Source: Oscillospiraceae bacterium
GTDB taxonomy: Bacteria > Bacillota > Clostridia > Oscillospirales > Oscillospiraceae
Direction of reading: 5' to 3'
Length of the DNA stretch: 64,000 nucleotides
Assembly: GCA_963629425.1 (NCBI GenBank)
Contig: CAVGIU010000002.1
Location: 112 to 64,111 of the forward strand
Below the pieces are notes generated by a model that saw nothing but the letters and a program-made list of their open reading frames with translations, was not told the origin of the DNA and ran no database searches. Below are positions 17,376 through 25,737 of this stretch, one piece after another (position 1 is the stretch's first letter; each line of letters opens with the position of its first letter). The position numbers and the translations under genes are program-made.

Positions 17376-19196
17376 ATGCAGAAACTCAGAAATGTTGCGA
17401 TCATCGCGCACGTTGACCACGGCAAGACCACGCTTGTCGACGAGATGCTCAAGCAGAGCGGCGTTTACCGCGAAAATCAGGAGATAGTTGAGCGAGTCAT
17501 GGACTCCAACGACCTTGAGCGCGAGCGCGGAATCACCATCATGGCGAAGAATACCGCCGTGCAGTACGGCGATACGAAAATAAACATCGTCGACACCCCG
17601 GGACACGCCGATTTCGGCGGCGAGGTCGAGCGTATACTCAAGATGGTCAACGGCGTTATCCTGCTTGTTGACGCGGCCGAGGGGCCTATGCCGCAGACGA
17701 GATTCGTCCTGTCGCGCGCGCTTGAGCTCGGCCACAGGGTCATAGTTGTCGTCAATAAGATCGACCGCCCCGACCAGCGCATCCATGAGGTCATCGACGA
17801 GGTGCTCGAGCTTCTTATGGATCTCGACGCGACCGACGAGCAGCTCGATTCCCCGATGCTGTTCTGCTCCGGCCGCCAGGGTACGGCGAGCTACTCGCCC
17901 GAGGTTCCGGGCACGGATCTCAAGCCTCTGTTCGATACCATATTGGAGTACATCCCCGAGCCCGAGCAGGATGTCGACAGCCCGTTCCAGATGCTCGTTT
18001 CCAGCGTAGACTATAACGAGTACGTCGGCCGCATTGCCATCGGCCGTATCGAGCGCGGCGTCATAAAGCAGAATCAGGAGATCGAGGTTTGCAACTATCA
18101 CGCGCCGGACGCTGCCCCCATGAAGGCAAAGGCCGTGTCGCTGTACGAGTTTGACGGCCTGAACAAGGTTCCCGTGACCGAGGCAACAGCGGGTAATATC
18201 ATAGCAATGAGCGGCATCGGCGACATTACCATCGGCGATACTATCTGCGCGAAGGGCTTTGCCGAGCCTCTGCCCTTTGTCAAGATCTCCGCTCCCACGC
18301 TGGAGATGACCTTCTCGGTAAACGACAGCCCCTTTGCCGGCCGCGAGGGCAAATTCGTCACCTCGCGCCAGATCCGCGACAGACTTATCCGCGAGACGCT
18401 TAAGGACGTGTCGCTGCGTGTCACCGACGTTGACGGCGCGACAGATTCCTTTAACGTTGCAGGCCGCGGCGAAATGAGCCTGAGTATACTTATCGAGACC
18501 ATGCGCCGCGAGGGCTATGAGTTCCAGGTCTCGCCTCCGCGCGTGCTGTATAAGGAGATAGACGGCGCGACTTGCGAGCCTATCGAGCGTGTCGTTATCG
18601 ATGTTCCGTCCGACTACATGGGCGCTGTTATGGAAAAGCTCGGCGCGCGTAAGGGCGAGTTCGTCGAGATGACCCCCGTCGGCAACCGCGTAAAGCTGAG
18701 CTATCTTGTTCCGTCGCGCGGCCTGTTCGGCTATCGCAACGAATTTTTGACCGACACCAAGGGCGAGGGCATTATGGCCTCCGTTTTTGAAAAGTACGAG
18801 CCGTATAAGGGCGATATCGCACGCCGCAACACGGGCTCGCTCATCGCATTCGAGACCGGCGAGGCCGTCGCATACGGCATTTGGAACGCGCAGGAGCGCG
18901 GTGCGATGTTCATCACCCCCGGCACGAAGGTATATGCCGGCATGATCGTCGGCGTCTGCCCGAAGTCGGATGATGTCGCCGTAAACGTCTGCCGCACGAA
19001 ACATCTGACCAATACCCGCGCCTCCGGCTCGGACGAGGCTCTGCGCCTCATCCCGCCCAGACAGATGAGCCTTGAGCAGTGCCTTGAGTTTTTGGCCGAT
19101 GACGAGCTTCTTGAGGTCACCCCCAAAAGTCTGCGCCTGCGCAAGAGCATCCTCGACCACGGCTTGAGAATGAAGACCGTAATGCGCAACAGATAA
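17376..19196 (+). CDS. typA: Translational GTPase TypA/BipA
   Basis: 606 aa. G-domain motifs AHVDHGKTT, DTPGHADF and NKID. EF-G-like domain order with the BipA-specific C-terminus. Confidence 0.95.
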   Translation: MQKLRNVAIIAHVDHGKTTLVDEMLKQSGVYRENQEIVERVMDSNDLERERGITIMAKNTAVQYGDTKINIVDTPGHADFGGEVERILKMVNGVILLVDAAEGPMPQTRFVLSRALELGHRVIVVVNKIDRPDQRIHEVIDEVLELLMDLDATDEQLDSPMLFCSGRQGTASYSPEVPGTDLKPLFDTILEYIPEPEQDVDSPFQMLVSSVDYNEYVGRIAIGRIERGVIKQNQEIEVCNYHAPDAAPMKAKAVSLYEFDGLNKVPVTEATAGNIIAMSGIGDITIGDTICAKGFAEPLPFVKISAPTLEMTFSVNDSPFAGREGKFVTSRQIRDRLIRETLKDVSLRVTDVDGATDSFNVAGRGEMSLSILIETMRREGYEFQVSPPRVLYKEIDGATCEPIERVVIDVPSDYMGAVMEKLGARKGEFVEMTPVGNRVKLSYLVPSRGLFGYRNEFLTDTKGEGIMASVFEKYEPYKGDIARRNTGSLIAFETGEAVAYGIWNAQERGAMFITPGTKVYAGMIVGVCPKSDDVAVNVCRTKHLTNTRASGSDEALRLIPPRQMSLEQCLEFLADDELLEVTPKSLRLRKSILDHGLRMKTVMRNR

Positions 19197-19197
19197 G

Positions 19198-19502
19198 AAA
19201 AAGCTCCCAAAGGCCGGCTGAGACAAGAAAACATACGGTTTTGAAGCGATCTTTTCCGCATCTGCTGCGTCTGAGACCTTGAGAATACGTCAGTATGCTC
19301 TGCGGCCTCATCCTTGCAGAAACAAAAAATCTCAGCTTCAAAACTGCGAGCACCCGAAAAGACGGAGCATGTGCGAGGTCAAGGCGCGGCGGTGAAGGCA
19401 TACTTTGCGTATATCAAGCCGCCGCAACGATGACATTCGTGCATACTCCGCCTTTTTCGGACGTGTGTTTTCTTATCTCAACCGGCCTAATGGAGAGCTT
19501 TT
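19198..19502 (+). repeat. Repeat family R1, copy A: 25-bp inverted arms (19212-19236 and 19463-19487) around a 226-bp structured core
   Basis: Left arm GGCCGGCTGAGACAAGAAAACATAC and right arm GTGTGTTTTCTTATCTCAACCGGCC are 22/25 complementary. Outer stem AAAAAGCTCCC..GGAGAGCTTTT. The core matches the reverse complement of the core at 39474-39698 at about 90 percent. Confidence 0.85.
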
Positions 19503-19503
19503 G

Positions 19504-19512
19504 TGCTATAAT
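19504..19512 (+). promoter_or_regulatory. Extended -10 element (TGcTATAAT) just outside the right end of repeat copy A, upstream of gtrA
   Basis: The sequence tgctataat lies 40 nt upstream of the gtrA ATG. There is no good -35; that position falls inside the repeat arm. Confidence 0.35.
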
Positions 19513-19551
19513 CATTAACACTTAATCAAAGCGGCGCAAGGACATGGACCT

Positions 19552-19971
19552 ATGAAAGATCTGATAAAAAAATTTGCCGACAAAACGTTTTTGCGCTTTG
19601 TCCTGGTCGGCCTTATAAATACGGCAGTCGGAACGGCGATAATGTTCGTTTTTTATAACGTTTTCGGCATGAGCTATTGGCTCAGCAGCGCGTCGAACTA
19701 TTTTTTCGGCAGCATACTGAGCTATTTTCTCAATAAATATTATACCTTCCGATATAAAAAGCGCGATTGGAAGGTCGTTGCGCGCTTTGTCGTGAACATC
19801 AGCGCCTGCTACCTGATAGCCTACGGTGCCGCAAAGCCGCTTATAAGGGCGCTCATGTCTGGCTTTGGGGTGACAGTGCAGGAAAACGTCGCAATGGTCT
19901 GCGGCATGGTGCTGTTCGTTGCGCTCAACTACATCGGCCAGCGCTTTTTCGCGTTCAAAAATGAAGAATAA
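19552..19971 (+). CDS. GtrA-family membrane protein (polysaccharide or glycan-lipid translocation accessory)
   Basis: 139 aa with four TM helices. FLRFVLVGLINTAVG ... NYFFGSILSYFLNKYYTF is typical of the GtrA family. Confidence 0.85.
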   Translation: MKDLIKKFADKTFLRFVLVGLINTAVGTAIMFVFYNVFGMSYWLSSASNYFFGSILSYFLNKYYTFRYKKRDWKVVARFVVNISACYLIAYGAAKPLIRALMSGFGVTVQENVAMVCGMVLFVALNYIGQRFFAFKNEE

Positions 19972-20001
19972 AAAACCTGCGTTCCGCGGAACGCAGGTTT
20001 T
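19971..20001. terminator. Bidirectional terminator between gtrA and the convergent rluA-like gene
   Basis: aaaaaCCTGCGTTCCGCGGAACGCAGGttttt. Confidence 0.8.
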
Positions 20002-20654
20002 TATTTCGGCATTATTGCCGTATCAAACGCTGTCCAAGGGAAATCCCTCGGCGGCTTTACTTTGAAGGTCATAAATCGGCCGGTCGAGGGGTTTGTGAAC
20101 CCAATGCTGTATGACCACAGGGCGATATTGCAGCCCTCGTCGCGTCCGCCGTACTTCCTGTCGCCGACCAGTGGCATGCGTCGATGCGTAAACTGCGCGC
20201 GTATCTGATGCGTGCGGCCGGTGATGAGGCTTATCTCGACCATGCTCATCTCGCCGTTCGAGCCGAGCAGACGGTACTCGAGTACGGCCTCCTGCGAGCC
20301 ACGGCAGGGCTTGTTCACGACGAAGGTCTTGCGCTGCTCCTTTGATCTGAGCAGAATATCCTCCATGTGCCCCTTGCGCTCCTGCGGAACGCCGTGGACG
20401 ACGGCAAGATATGTCTTTTTAAACTCGCCCATGCGTATCTGACGGCTGAGCTCCGAAGCGGTCTCCGGGTTCTGAGCAAAGACCATAAGACCGGACACGA
20501 CCTGATCGAGCCTGTGCACCGTGCGGATATCCGCGGTATCGTTTCCCAGTGCCTCACGCAGAAGTGAAGGCATACCGCCCGGCTCGTCGGTCGATATGAC
20601 TCCGGCGGGCTTTATAGCGACTATTATGTTGTTATCATAATAAATAATGTCCAT
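20001..20654 (-). CDS. RluA-family pseudouridine synthase (no S4 domain)
   Basis: 217 aa. HRLDQVVSGLMVF carries the catalytic Asp motif, and TGRTHQIRAQF is also present. Confidence 0.88.
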   Translation of the reverse strand: MDIIYYDNNIIVAIKPAGVISTDEPGGMPSLLREALGNDTADIRTVHRLDQVVSGLMVFAQNPETASELSRQIRMGEFKKTYLAVVHGVPQERKGHMEDILLRSKEQRKTFVVNKPCRGSQEAVLEYRLLGSNGEMSMVEISLITGRTHQIRAQFTHRRMPLVGDRKYGGRDEGCNIALWSYSIGFTNPSTGRFMTFKVKPPRDFPWTAFDTAIMPK

Positions 20655-20678
20655 GGCTATACTTTACCGCGTCTTGAG

Positions 20679-21425
20679 TCACTCGTCAAGATAGTATCTG
20701 CGCAGACCCTTTGTGTGCCGGCCGTATTCTATCGCCTGCTTCGGGCAGCGGCAGATGCAGGCCATGCAGTGGGTACAGCCTTCGCTCCAGACGGGCTTGC
20801 CGTTTTCAATGCGTATGCTTTTCGTCGGGCACAAAGCGGAGCACTTTCCGCAGCCGATGCACTCGTCCGTTGCGCGGAATTTCTTGCTATTGACGAACAC
20901 GGGATAAAAAGCGTCGTTTACGACCCCGCTGTATATTCTGTCTATGAGCTTTATCTGCGGCTTTACGAAGCTTTCGCCCTTTGCGATGCTATGCGCGAGG
21001 GTGTCTATCCTGCCGTTTGCGCGCACGATGATCTCGGCCTCTTCTTTGGGAGAGGGCGCCTTGAACATGACGATGTAGTTTTCCGGCATCACGACCCCGG
21101 CGCAGCCCTTGAAGTTAAGACCCTTGCCGCGGCACCATTTTTCCGCGTAGCTCCCGGCGTTGCCGTTCTCGCTGCCGCAGGTCATGACAAAATAAATGTC
21201 GCGGGAACCGCGCAGCTCGGTCTTATTAAGCCGGTCTCGCACGATGCGCGGAACGCGCCATGCGTAGGTCGGGGTGACAATGACCCAGGGCTTTTGCGAC
21301 TCGATGGGCGAGGTGTCCTCCTCGCGCAGACGCGAGAAGAGGTTCACCGCCTCGTCGCCGATATCAGCCGCTATTCTCCGCGCGGCGTATGCGCTGTTTC
21401 CCGTTCCGGTGTAGTATAAGATCAT
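20679..21425 (-). CDS. Flavodoxin-like domain fused to a 2x[4Fe-4S] ferredoxin domain (EFR1-type)
   Basis: N-terminus MILYYTGTGNSAYAARRIA. C-terminal CIGCGKCSALCP and CTHCMACICRCP. Start set at ATG 21425, behind aaaggagga. Confidence 0.75.
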   Translation of the reverse strand: MILYYTGTGNSAYAARRIAADIGDEAVNLFSRLREEDTSPIESQKPWVIVTPTYAWRVPRIVRDRLNKTELRGSRDIYFVMTCGSENGNAGSYAEKWCRGKGLNFKGCAGVVMPENYIVMFKAPSPKEEAEIIVRANGRIDTLAHSIAKGESFVKPQIKLIDRIYSGVVNDAFYPVFVNSKKFRATDECIGCGKCSALCPTKSIRIENGKPVWSEGCTHCMACICRCPKQAIEYGRHTKGLRRYYLDE

Positions 21426-21550
21426 ACTGCATCCTCCTTTTATCTTCAAATTAATTATACATATAAACCGCCGTGAGTTCAACGTAAAATTGCCGCTTGA
21501 TTTTCCGCGCCCGCGCGGCTAAAATAGCCGTATCATAGCGAGGTGATAGC

Positions 21551-23047
21551 ATGAACATAAAACGAAGCTGCGGCGTGCTTCTGCCGCTGTTCTCGCTGCC
21601 GTCGGAGCATGGGATAGGTACGCTCGGCAGGGCGGCATATGAGTTTATAGATTTTCTCACCGAGGCCGGACAGTCGTGGTGGCAGATACTGCCCGTCGGC
21701 CCTGCAGGGAGCGGCGATTCGCCGTATCAGAGCTTTTCGAGCTTTGCCGGCAATGCGTATTTCATAGACCTCGACATGCTCGTCGAGGACGGGCTGCTGA
21801 CAAAGGCTGAGGTTTGCGTGATCGACCGGGGAAGCAGTGCCGAAAGCGTCGATTACGATGCGCTGAGGGAAGACCGCATGCCGCTGCTGCGCAGAGCAGC
21901 CCGGCGCGGACTTGCGCGAAAGGATGCGGAGTTTGAAGCGTTTTGCCGCGATAATGCGCGCTGGCTTTCGGATTTCGCGCTGTACATGTCGCTCAAGGAA
22001 CATTTTAACGGTAGCGCGTGGTACGAATGGCCGGAGGATATCCGCCTGCACCGCATTGAAGCCGTGGAGAAATACTCCCGCGAGCTGCACGAAGATGTAA
22101 AATTTTTCTCCTATGTGCAGTATCTTTTCTATCGCCAGTGGAGCGCTCTGCGCGCCTACGCGCGGGAAAAGGGCATAGGCATCATCGGCGACATGCCGAT
22201 ATATGTCGCGCTCGACTCGGCCGACGTGTGGGCAGAGCCGGAGTTTTTCCTGCTGGACGAGCAAAATGCCCCCGTCGAGGTCGCGGGCGTGCCGCCTGAT
22301 TATTTCAGCGAAGACGGGCAGCTTTGGGGTAACCCCTTGTACGATTGGGACGCGATGCGGCGCGACGGATACGGTTGGTGGATACGCCGCGTTGACGGTG
22401 CTTCGAGGCTGTATGACGCGCTGCGCATCGATCATTTCCGCGCCTTTGAGAGCTATTGGGCTGTGCCGCGCGGCGCTGAGAGCGCAAAGCCGGGACAGTG
22501 GCGGCCCGGACCGGGCATGGATCTTGTCGGCAGGCTCACCGCGTGGTTTAATAACGTTCTGTTCATCGCTGAGGATCTCGGCGTGCTCACGCCCGAGGTG
22601 CACAGGCTGCTGGCCGAGAGCGGGCTGCCCGGCATGAAGGTTCTCGAATTCGCATTCGATCCGGCAAGCCTGAGCGATTATCTGCCGCACGGGTACAGCG
22701 AAAATTGCATCTGCTACGCAGGAACGCACGACAATAACACCCTGCGAGGCTGGATTGACGAGGAAAAACCCGAGACGATCGCCTTCGCGCGAGAGTATCT
22801 CGGTATAGATGGTGACGCAGACCTCGCCGACGCAGTGCTGCGCGCCGGTATGCGCTCAAAAGCGGAGCTTTTCATCGCGCAGATGCAGGATCTTCTCGGC
22901 CTCGGCGCAAGCGCACGAATGAACACACCCGGCACTGTCGGCGGAAACTGGGCATGGCGCATGACGCCCGGCAGTGCGACGAAGGCTCTTGCCGGTAAAA
23001 TGCGCCGCATGGCATATATCTACGGAAGAAGCGACAAAAATGAATGA
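21551..23047 (+). CDS. malQ: 4-alpha-glucanotransferase (amylomaltase, GH77)
   Basis: 498 aa. GVLLPLFSLPSEHGIGTLG, SPYQSFSSFAGN and the DHFR.F and GTHDN blocks. Confidence 0.92.
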   Translation: MNIKRSCGVLLPLFSLPSEHGIGTLGRAAYEFIDFLTEAGQSWWQILPVGPAGSGDSPYQSFSSFAGNAYFIDLDMLVEDGLLTKAEVCVIDRGSSAESVDYDALREDRMPLLRRAARRGLARKDAEFEAFCRDNARWLSDFALYMSLKEHFNGSAWYEWPEDIRLHRIEAVEKYSRELHEDVKFFSYVQYLFYRQWSALRAYAREKGIGIIGDMPIYVALDSADVWAEPEFFLLDEQNAPVEVAGVPPDYFSEDGQLWGNPLYDWDAMRRDGYGWWIRRVDGASRLYDALRIDHFRAFESYWAVPRGAESAKPGQWRPGPGMDLVGRLTAWFNNVLFIAEDLGVLTPEVHRLLAESGLPGMKVLEFAFDPASLSDYLPHGYSENCICYAGTHDNNTLRGWIDEEKPETIAFAREYLGIDGDADLADAVLRAGMRSKAELFIAQMQDLLGLGASARMNTPGTVGGNWAWRMTPGSATKALAGKMRRMAYIYGRSDKNE

Positions 23048-23639
23048 TATAAAGCTGCGCGTTGCGCGCCCCTCGGACGCGGCCGAGCTTTTGGAGCTCT
23101 ACGCGCCCTATGTCGAGGACACAGCCATAAGCTTCGAGACCGTCGTTCCGAGCCTTGATGAGTTTACCGGGCGCATGGTTCACAAGCTCCCGTATTATCC
23201 GTACATTGTCGCGGAAAAGGACGGCGAGCTTCTGGGCTATGCCTATTTAAGCCCCTTTGTCGGCCGCGCAGCCTACGACCGGGCGGCGGAGACGACAATA
23301 TATCTGCGCCTTGACTGCCGTCATATCGGCATCGGAAAAATGCTGTACACAGCACTGGAGAACATCGCCCGAGCCCAGGGCATAATAAATCTCGAGGCCT
23401 GCATCGGCTGGACGGACACGCCCGACGAGCATCTTACCAATAACAGCGCCGAGTATCACGAGCACCTCGGCTACCGCATGGTCGGCAGGTTTTATAAGTG
23501 CGGCTATAAATTCGGAACATGGTACGACATGGTGTGGATGGAAAAGCTCCTCGGCGAGCATCCCGACACGCCGGGCGATGTAATCCCGTTTTCCGAGCTC
23601 AGCGCCGAAACACTCAAAAATGCCGGTATAGAGGTATGA
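23040..23639 (+). CDS. GNAT-family N-acetyltransferase (phosphinothricin/MSO acetyltransferase-like)
   Basis: 199 aa from MNDIKLRVARPSDAAE. HIGIGKMLYTALE is an acetyl-CoA-binding motif. The start overlaps the malQ stop. Confidence 0.85.
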   Translation: MNDIKLRVARPSDAAELLELYAPYVEDTAISFETVVPSLDEFTGRMVHKLPYYPYIVAEKDGELLGYAYLSPFVGRAAYDRAAETTIYLRLDCRHIGIGKMLYTALENIARAQGIINLEACIGWTDTPDEHLTNNSAEYHEHLGYRMVGRFYKCGYKFGTWYDMVWMEKLLGEHPDTPGDVIPFSELSAETLKNAGIEV

Positions 23640-23640
23640 A

Positions 23641-23665
23641 AAAAGCACCCATGGGGTGCTTTTTT
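23641..23665 (+). terminator. Rho-independent terminator (GCACCC/GGGTGC stem family)
   Basis: aaaaGCACCCatGGGGTGCtttttt directly after the GNAT stop. Confidence 0.8.
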
Positions 23666-23670
23666 CGTTT

Positions 23671-23824
23671 AAGCTGACGGGAGTTGAACACCTACCGGTT
23701 TTGGCAGGCTGATTTTCACTCATGCTGCGTTAAAACCCTTGAAAATACGTCAGTATTCTCTGTGGGCTTTGCCTTGCCTGAGCAAAAATCAGCTCTGTCA
23801 AAACTGCAAGGCACCTGTCAGCTT
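23671..23824 (+). repeat. Repeat family R1, copy C: diverged half-element (module 1 only) with its own short inverted ends AAGCTGAC/GTCAGCTT
   Basis: CCTTGAAAATACGTCAGTATTCTCTG and GTCAAAACTGCAAGGCACC align with 19275-19300 and 19335-19352 of copy A. About 75 percent identity over about 120 nt. Confidence 0.65.
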
Positions 23825-23831
23825 AATTTAT

Positions 23832-25436
23832 TTACCTTTCGGGGATCGTGCCGCCGGTGAGGTTCATGTATTCATCGAAGGAGCACATGCGGTCGATAAT
23901 GCCGTCATCGGTGATCTCGATTATGCGGTTTGCGACCGTCTGCGTGAGCTGGTGGTCGTGGCTGGAGAAGATTATGTTGTACTTAAATGCTTCAAGGCCG
24001 TTGTTCAGAGCCGCGATGCTTTCAAGGTCAAGATGGTTTGTCGGCTGATCGAGCACGAGAAAGTTTGCACCCGAGAGCATCATTTTGCTTATCATGCATC
24101 TGACCTTCTCGCCGCCGGAGAGAACCTTTACGGGCTTATACACATCGTCTCCGGAGAAGAGCATGCGGCCGAGGAAGGTGCGCAGGTAGCTTTCGCGCTT
24201 ATCCTCGGAAAACTGGCGCATCCAGTCCATGAGGTCATAGTCGCAATTCTCAAAATAGGAGTTGTGATCCTTGGGGAAGTAGGCCTGAGTCGTCGACGCG
24301 CCCCACTTTACGGTGCCGGAGTCGGGCTCCTCCTCGCCCATGAGTATCTTGAACAGCATGGTAACTGCAAGCTCGTTCTTGCCGAGGATGGCTATCTTGT
24401 CCTCTTTTCCGACGATAAAGCTTATGTTGTTTAAAAGCTTCACGCCGTCGACGGTCTTGCTGACCTCGGTGACGAACAGCCTGTCCTTACCCGGCTCGCG
24501 GTCTGCCTTGAAGCCGACCCAGGGATATCGCCTGCCGGAGGCGGGCATCTCCTCGACGGTGAGCTTGTCAAGAAGCTTCCTGCGGCTGGTAGCCTGACGG
24601 GACTTCGATTTGTTTGCCGAGAACCTTGCGATAAAGCCCTGCAATTCGGCGATCTTCTGCTCGGCCTTCTTGTTCTGATCCTTTATGAGCTTCTGCATCA
24701 GCTGGCTGGACTCGTACCAAAAGTCATAGTTGCCGACGTACATTTTTATCTTGCCGTAGTCGATATCGACGATATGCGTGCAGACGTTGTTGAGGAAGTA
24801 GCGGTCATGCGAAACGACGAGCACCGTGCCCTCATAGTCCATGAGGAAGTCCTCGAGCCACACGACGCTTGCGAGGTCGAGGTTGTTCGTAGGCTCGTCG
24901 AGCAGAATGATATCCGGTGAGCCGAACAGCGCCTGCGCAAGCAGTACCTTTACCTTGAGGCGCGGATCCATATCGCGCATCATCGTCTCGTGGAAGTCCG
25001 GCGAAACGCCAAGACCCTGAAGAATGCGGCTCGCGTCGGATTCGGCCTCCCAGCCGCCGAGCTCGGCAAACTCCTCCTCGAGCTCCGCTGCGCGTATGCC
25101 GTCGGCATCGTCAAAATCGGGTTTATCGTAAATTGCGTCTTTCTCCTTGCCGCAGTCGTAAAGGCGCTGATTGCCCATGATGACGGTGTCCATGACCGTG
25201 TAGTCGTCATACATGTTCTGGTTTTGCTTGAGAACCGACATGCGCTTTTTCGCCGCAATCGTTACGCTGCCCGTCGAGGGCTCAAGCTCGCCCGAGAGAA
25301 TTTTTATAAACGTCGATTTGCCCGCGCCGTTTGCGCCTATTATGCCGTAGCAGTTGCCGGGCGTAAATTGCAGATCAACGCGCGAAAACAAAACGTTTCC
25401 GCCGAAATTTATCGAAAGATCATTGACTGAAAGCAT
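23832..25436 (-). CDS. ABC-F family ATPase (translation-associated, no TM domain) with one degenerate ATP site
   Basis: 534 aa with two NBDs joined by a Lys/Gln-rich linker. NBD1 has GANGAGKST and ILLDEPTNNLD. NBD2 has LSGGEKVR, but GKNELAVT replaces Walker A and LVLDQPTNHLD replaces LDEP. Confidence 0.9.
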   Translation of the reverse strand: MLSVNDLSINFGGNVLFSRVDLQFTPGNCYGIIGANGAGKSTFIKILSGELEPSTGSVTIAAKKRMSVLKQNQNMYDDYTVMDTVIMGNQRLYDCGKEKDAIYDKPDFDDADGIRAAELEEEFAELGGWEAESDASRILQGLGVSPDFHETMMRDMDPRLKVKVLLAQALFGSPDIILLDEPTNNLDLASVVWLEDFLMDYEGTVLVVSHDRYFLNNVCTHIVDIDYGKIKMYVGNYDFWYESSQLMQKLIKDQNKKAEQKIAELQGFIARFSANKSKSRQATSRRKLLDKLTVEEMPASGRRYPWVGFKADREPGKDRLFVTEVSKTVDGVKLLNNISFIVGKEDKIAILGKNELAVTMLFKILMGEEEPDSGTVKWGASTTQAYFPKDHNSYFENCDYDLMDWMRQFSEDKRESYLRTFLGRMLFSGDDVYKPVKVLSGGEKVRCMISKMMLSGANFLVLDQPTNHLDLESIAALNNGLEAFKYNIIFSSHDHQLTQTVANRIIEITDDGIIDRMCSFDEYMNLTGGTIPER

Positions 25437-25555
25437 TTAGAATACCTCTGTTTTTAAAAATCTTATTTATTTTATCATCATTGCCCCGCAATGGCAATAA
25501 TTAATAGGATTTTTTGAGCTTCGCCTGCAAAAACTGACTTTAAGGCGGTGATAGA

Positions 25556-25687
25556 ATGAAAATGATAATTTTGGCGGCTGTGCTGCCGATAGGCCTCGTG
25601 CTGGCGGCCTCGTTTCTCATAACGCTCGTGCGCGGGCTCATCGCACGCCTGCGCAGGACGCCGGGCAGCGAGAAGAACGACTTGTAA
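25556..25687 (+). CDS. Possible 43-codon hydrophobic peptide (MKMIILAAVLPIGLVLAASFLITLVRGLIARLRRTPGSEKNDL)
   Basis: Not in the ORF track. One TM helix followed by a basic tail. Weak RBS (aaggcgg). 50 nt upstream of the alpha-galactosidase gene. Confidence 0.25.
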   Translation: MKMIILAAVLPIGLVLAASFLITLVRGLIARLRRTPGSEKNDL

Positions 25688-25737
25688 GGCCGCAGTGCCT
25701 ATGATATAATTTTACCATTAAAATAAGGGGTGATACG

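Noticed and set aside
17229-19226. 665-aa ORF antisense to typA
   Set aside because: It lies fully inside and opposite a gene with unmistakable TypA motifs. Its composition (Ala/Arg/Gly/Leu-rich, no motifs, no RBS) is typical of antisense frames in GC-rich DNA.
19295-19525. ORFs inside the R1 repeats that give similar peptides at both copies: MLCGLIL... (19295-19525 and 39134-39640) and MPSPPRLDL... (19117-19401 and 39534-40133)
   Set aside because: The similarity is nucleotide-level repeat identity that is visible in both strands at once. There is no RBS, the frames run out of the repeat into neighbouring genes, and substitutions between copies preserve helices rather than codons.
21533-22729. 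398-aa ORF antisense to malQ, and the 324-aa ORF 38025-38999 antisense to the nitrilase gene
   Set aside because: Same artefact class. The sense genes carry family motifs.
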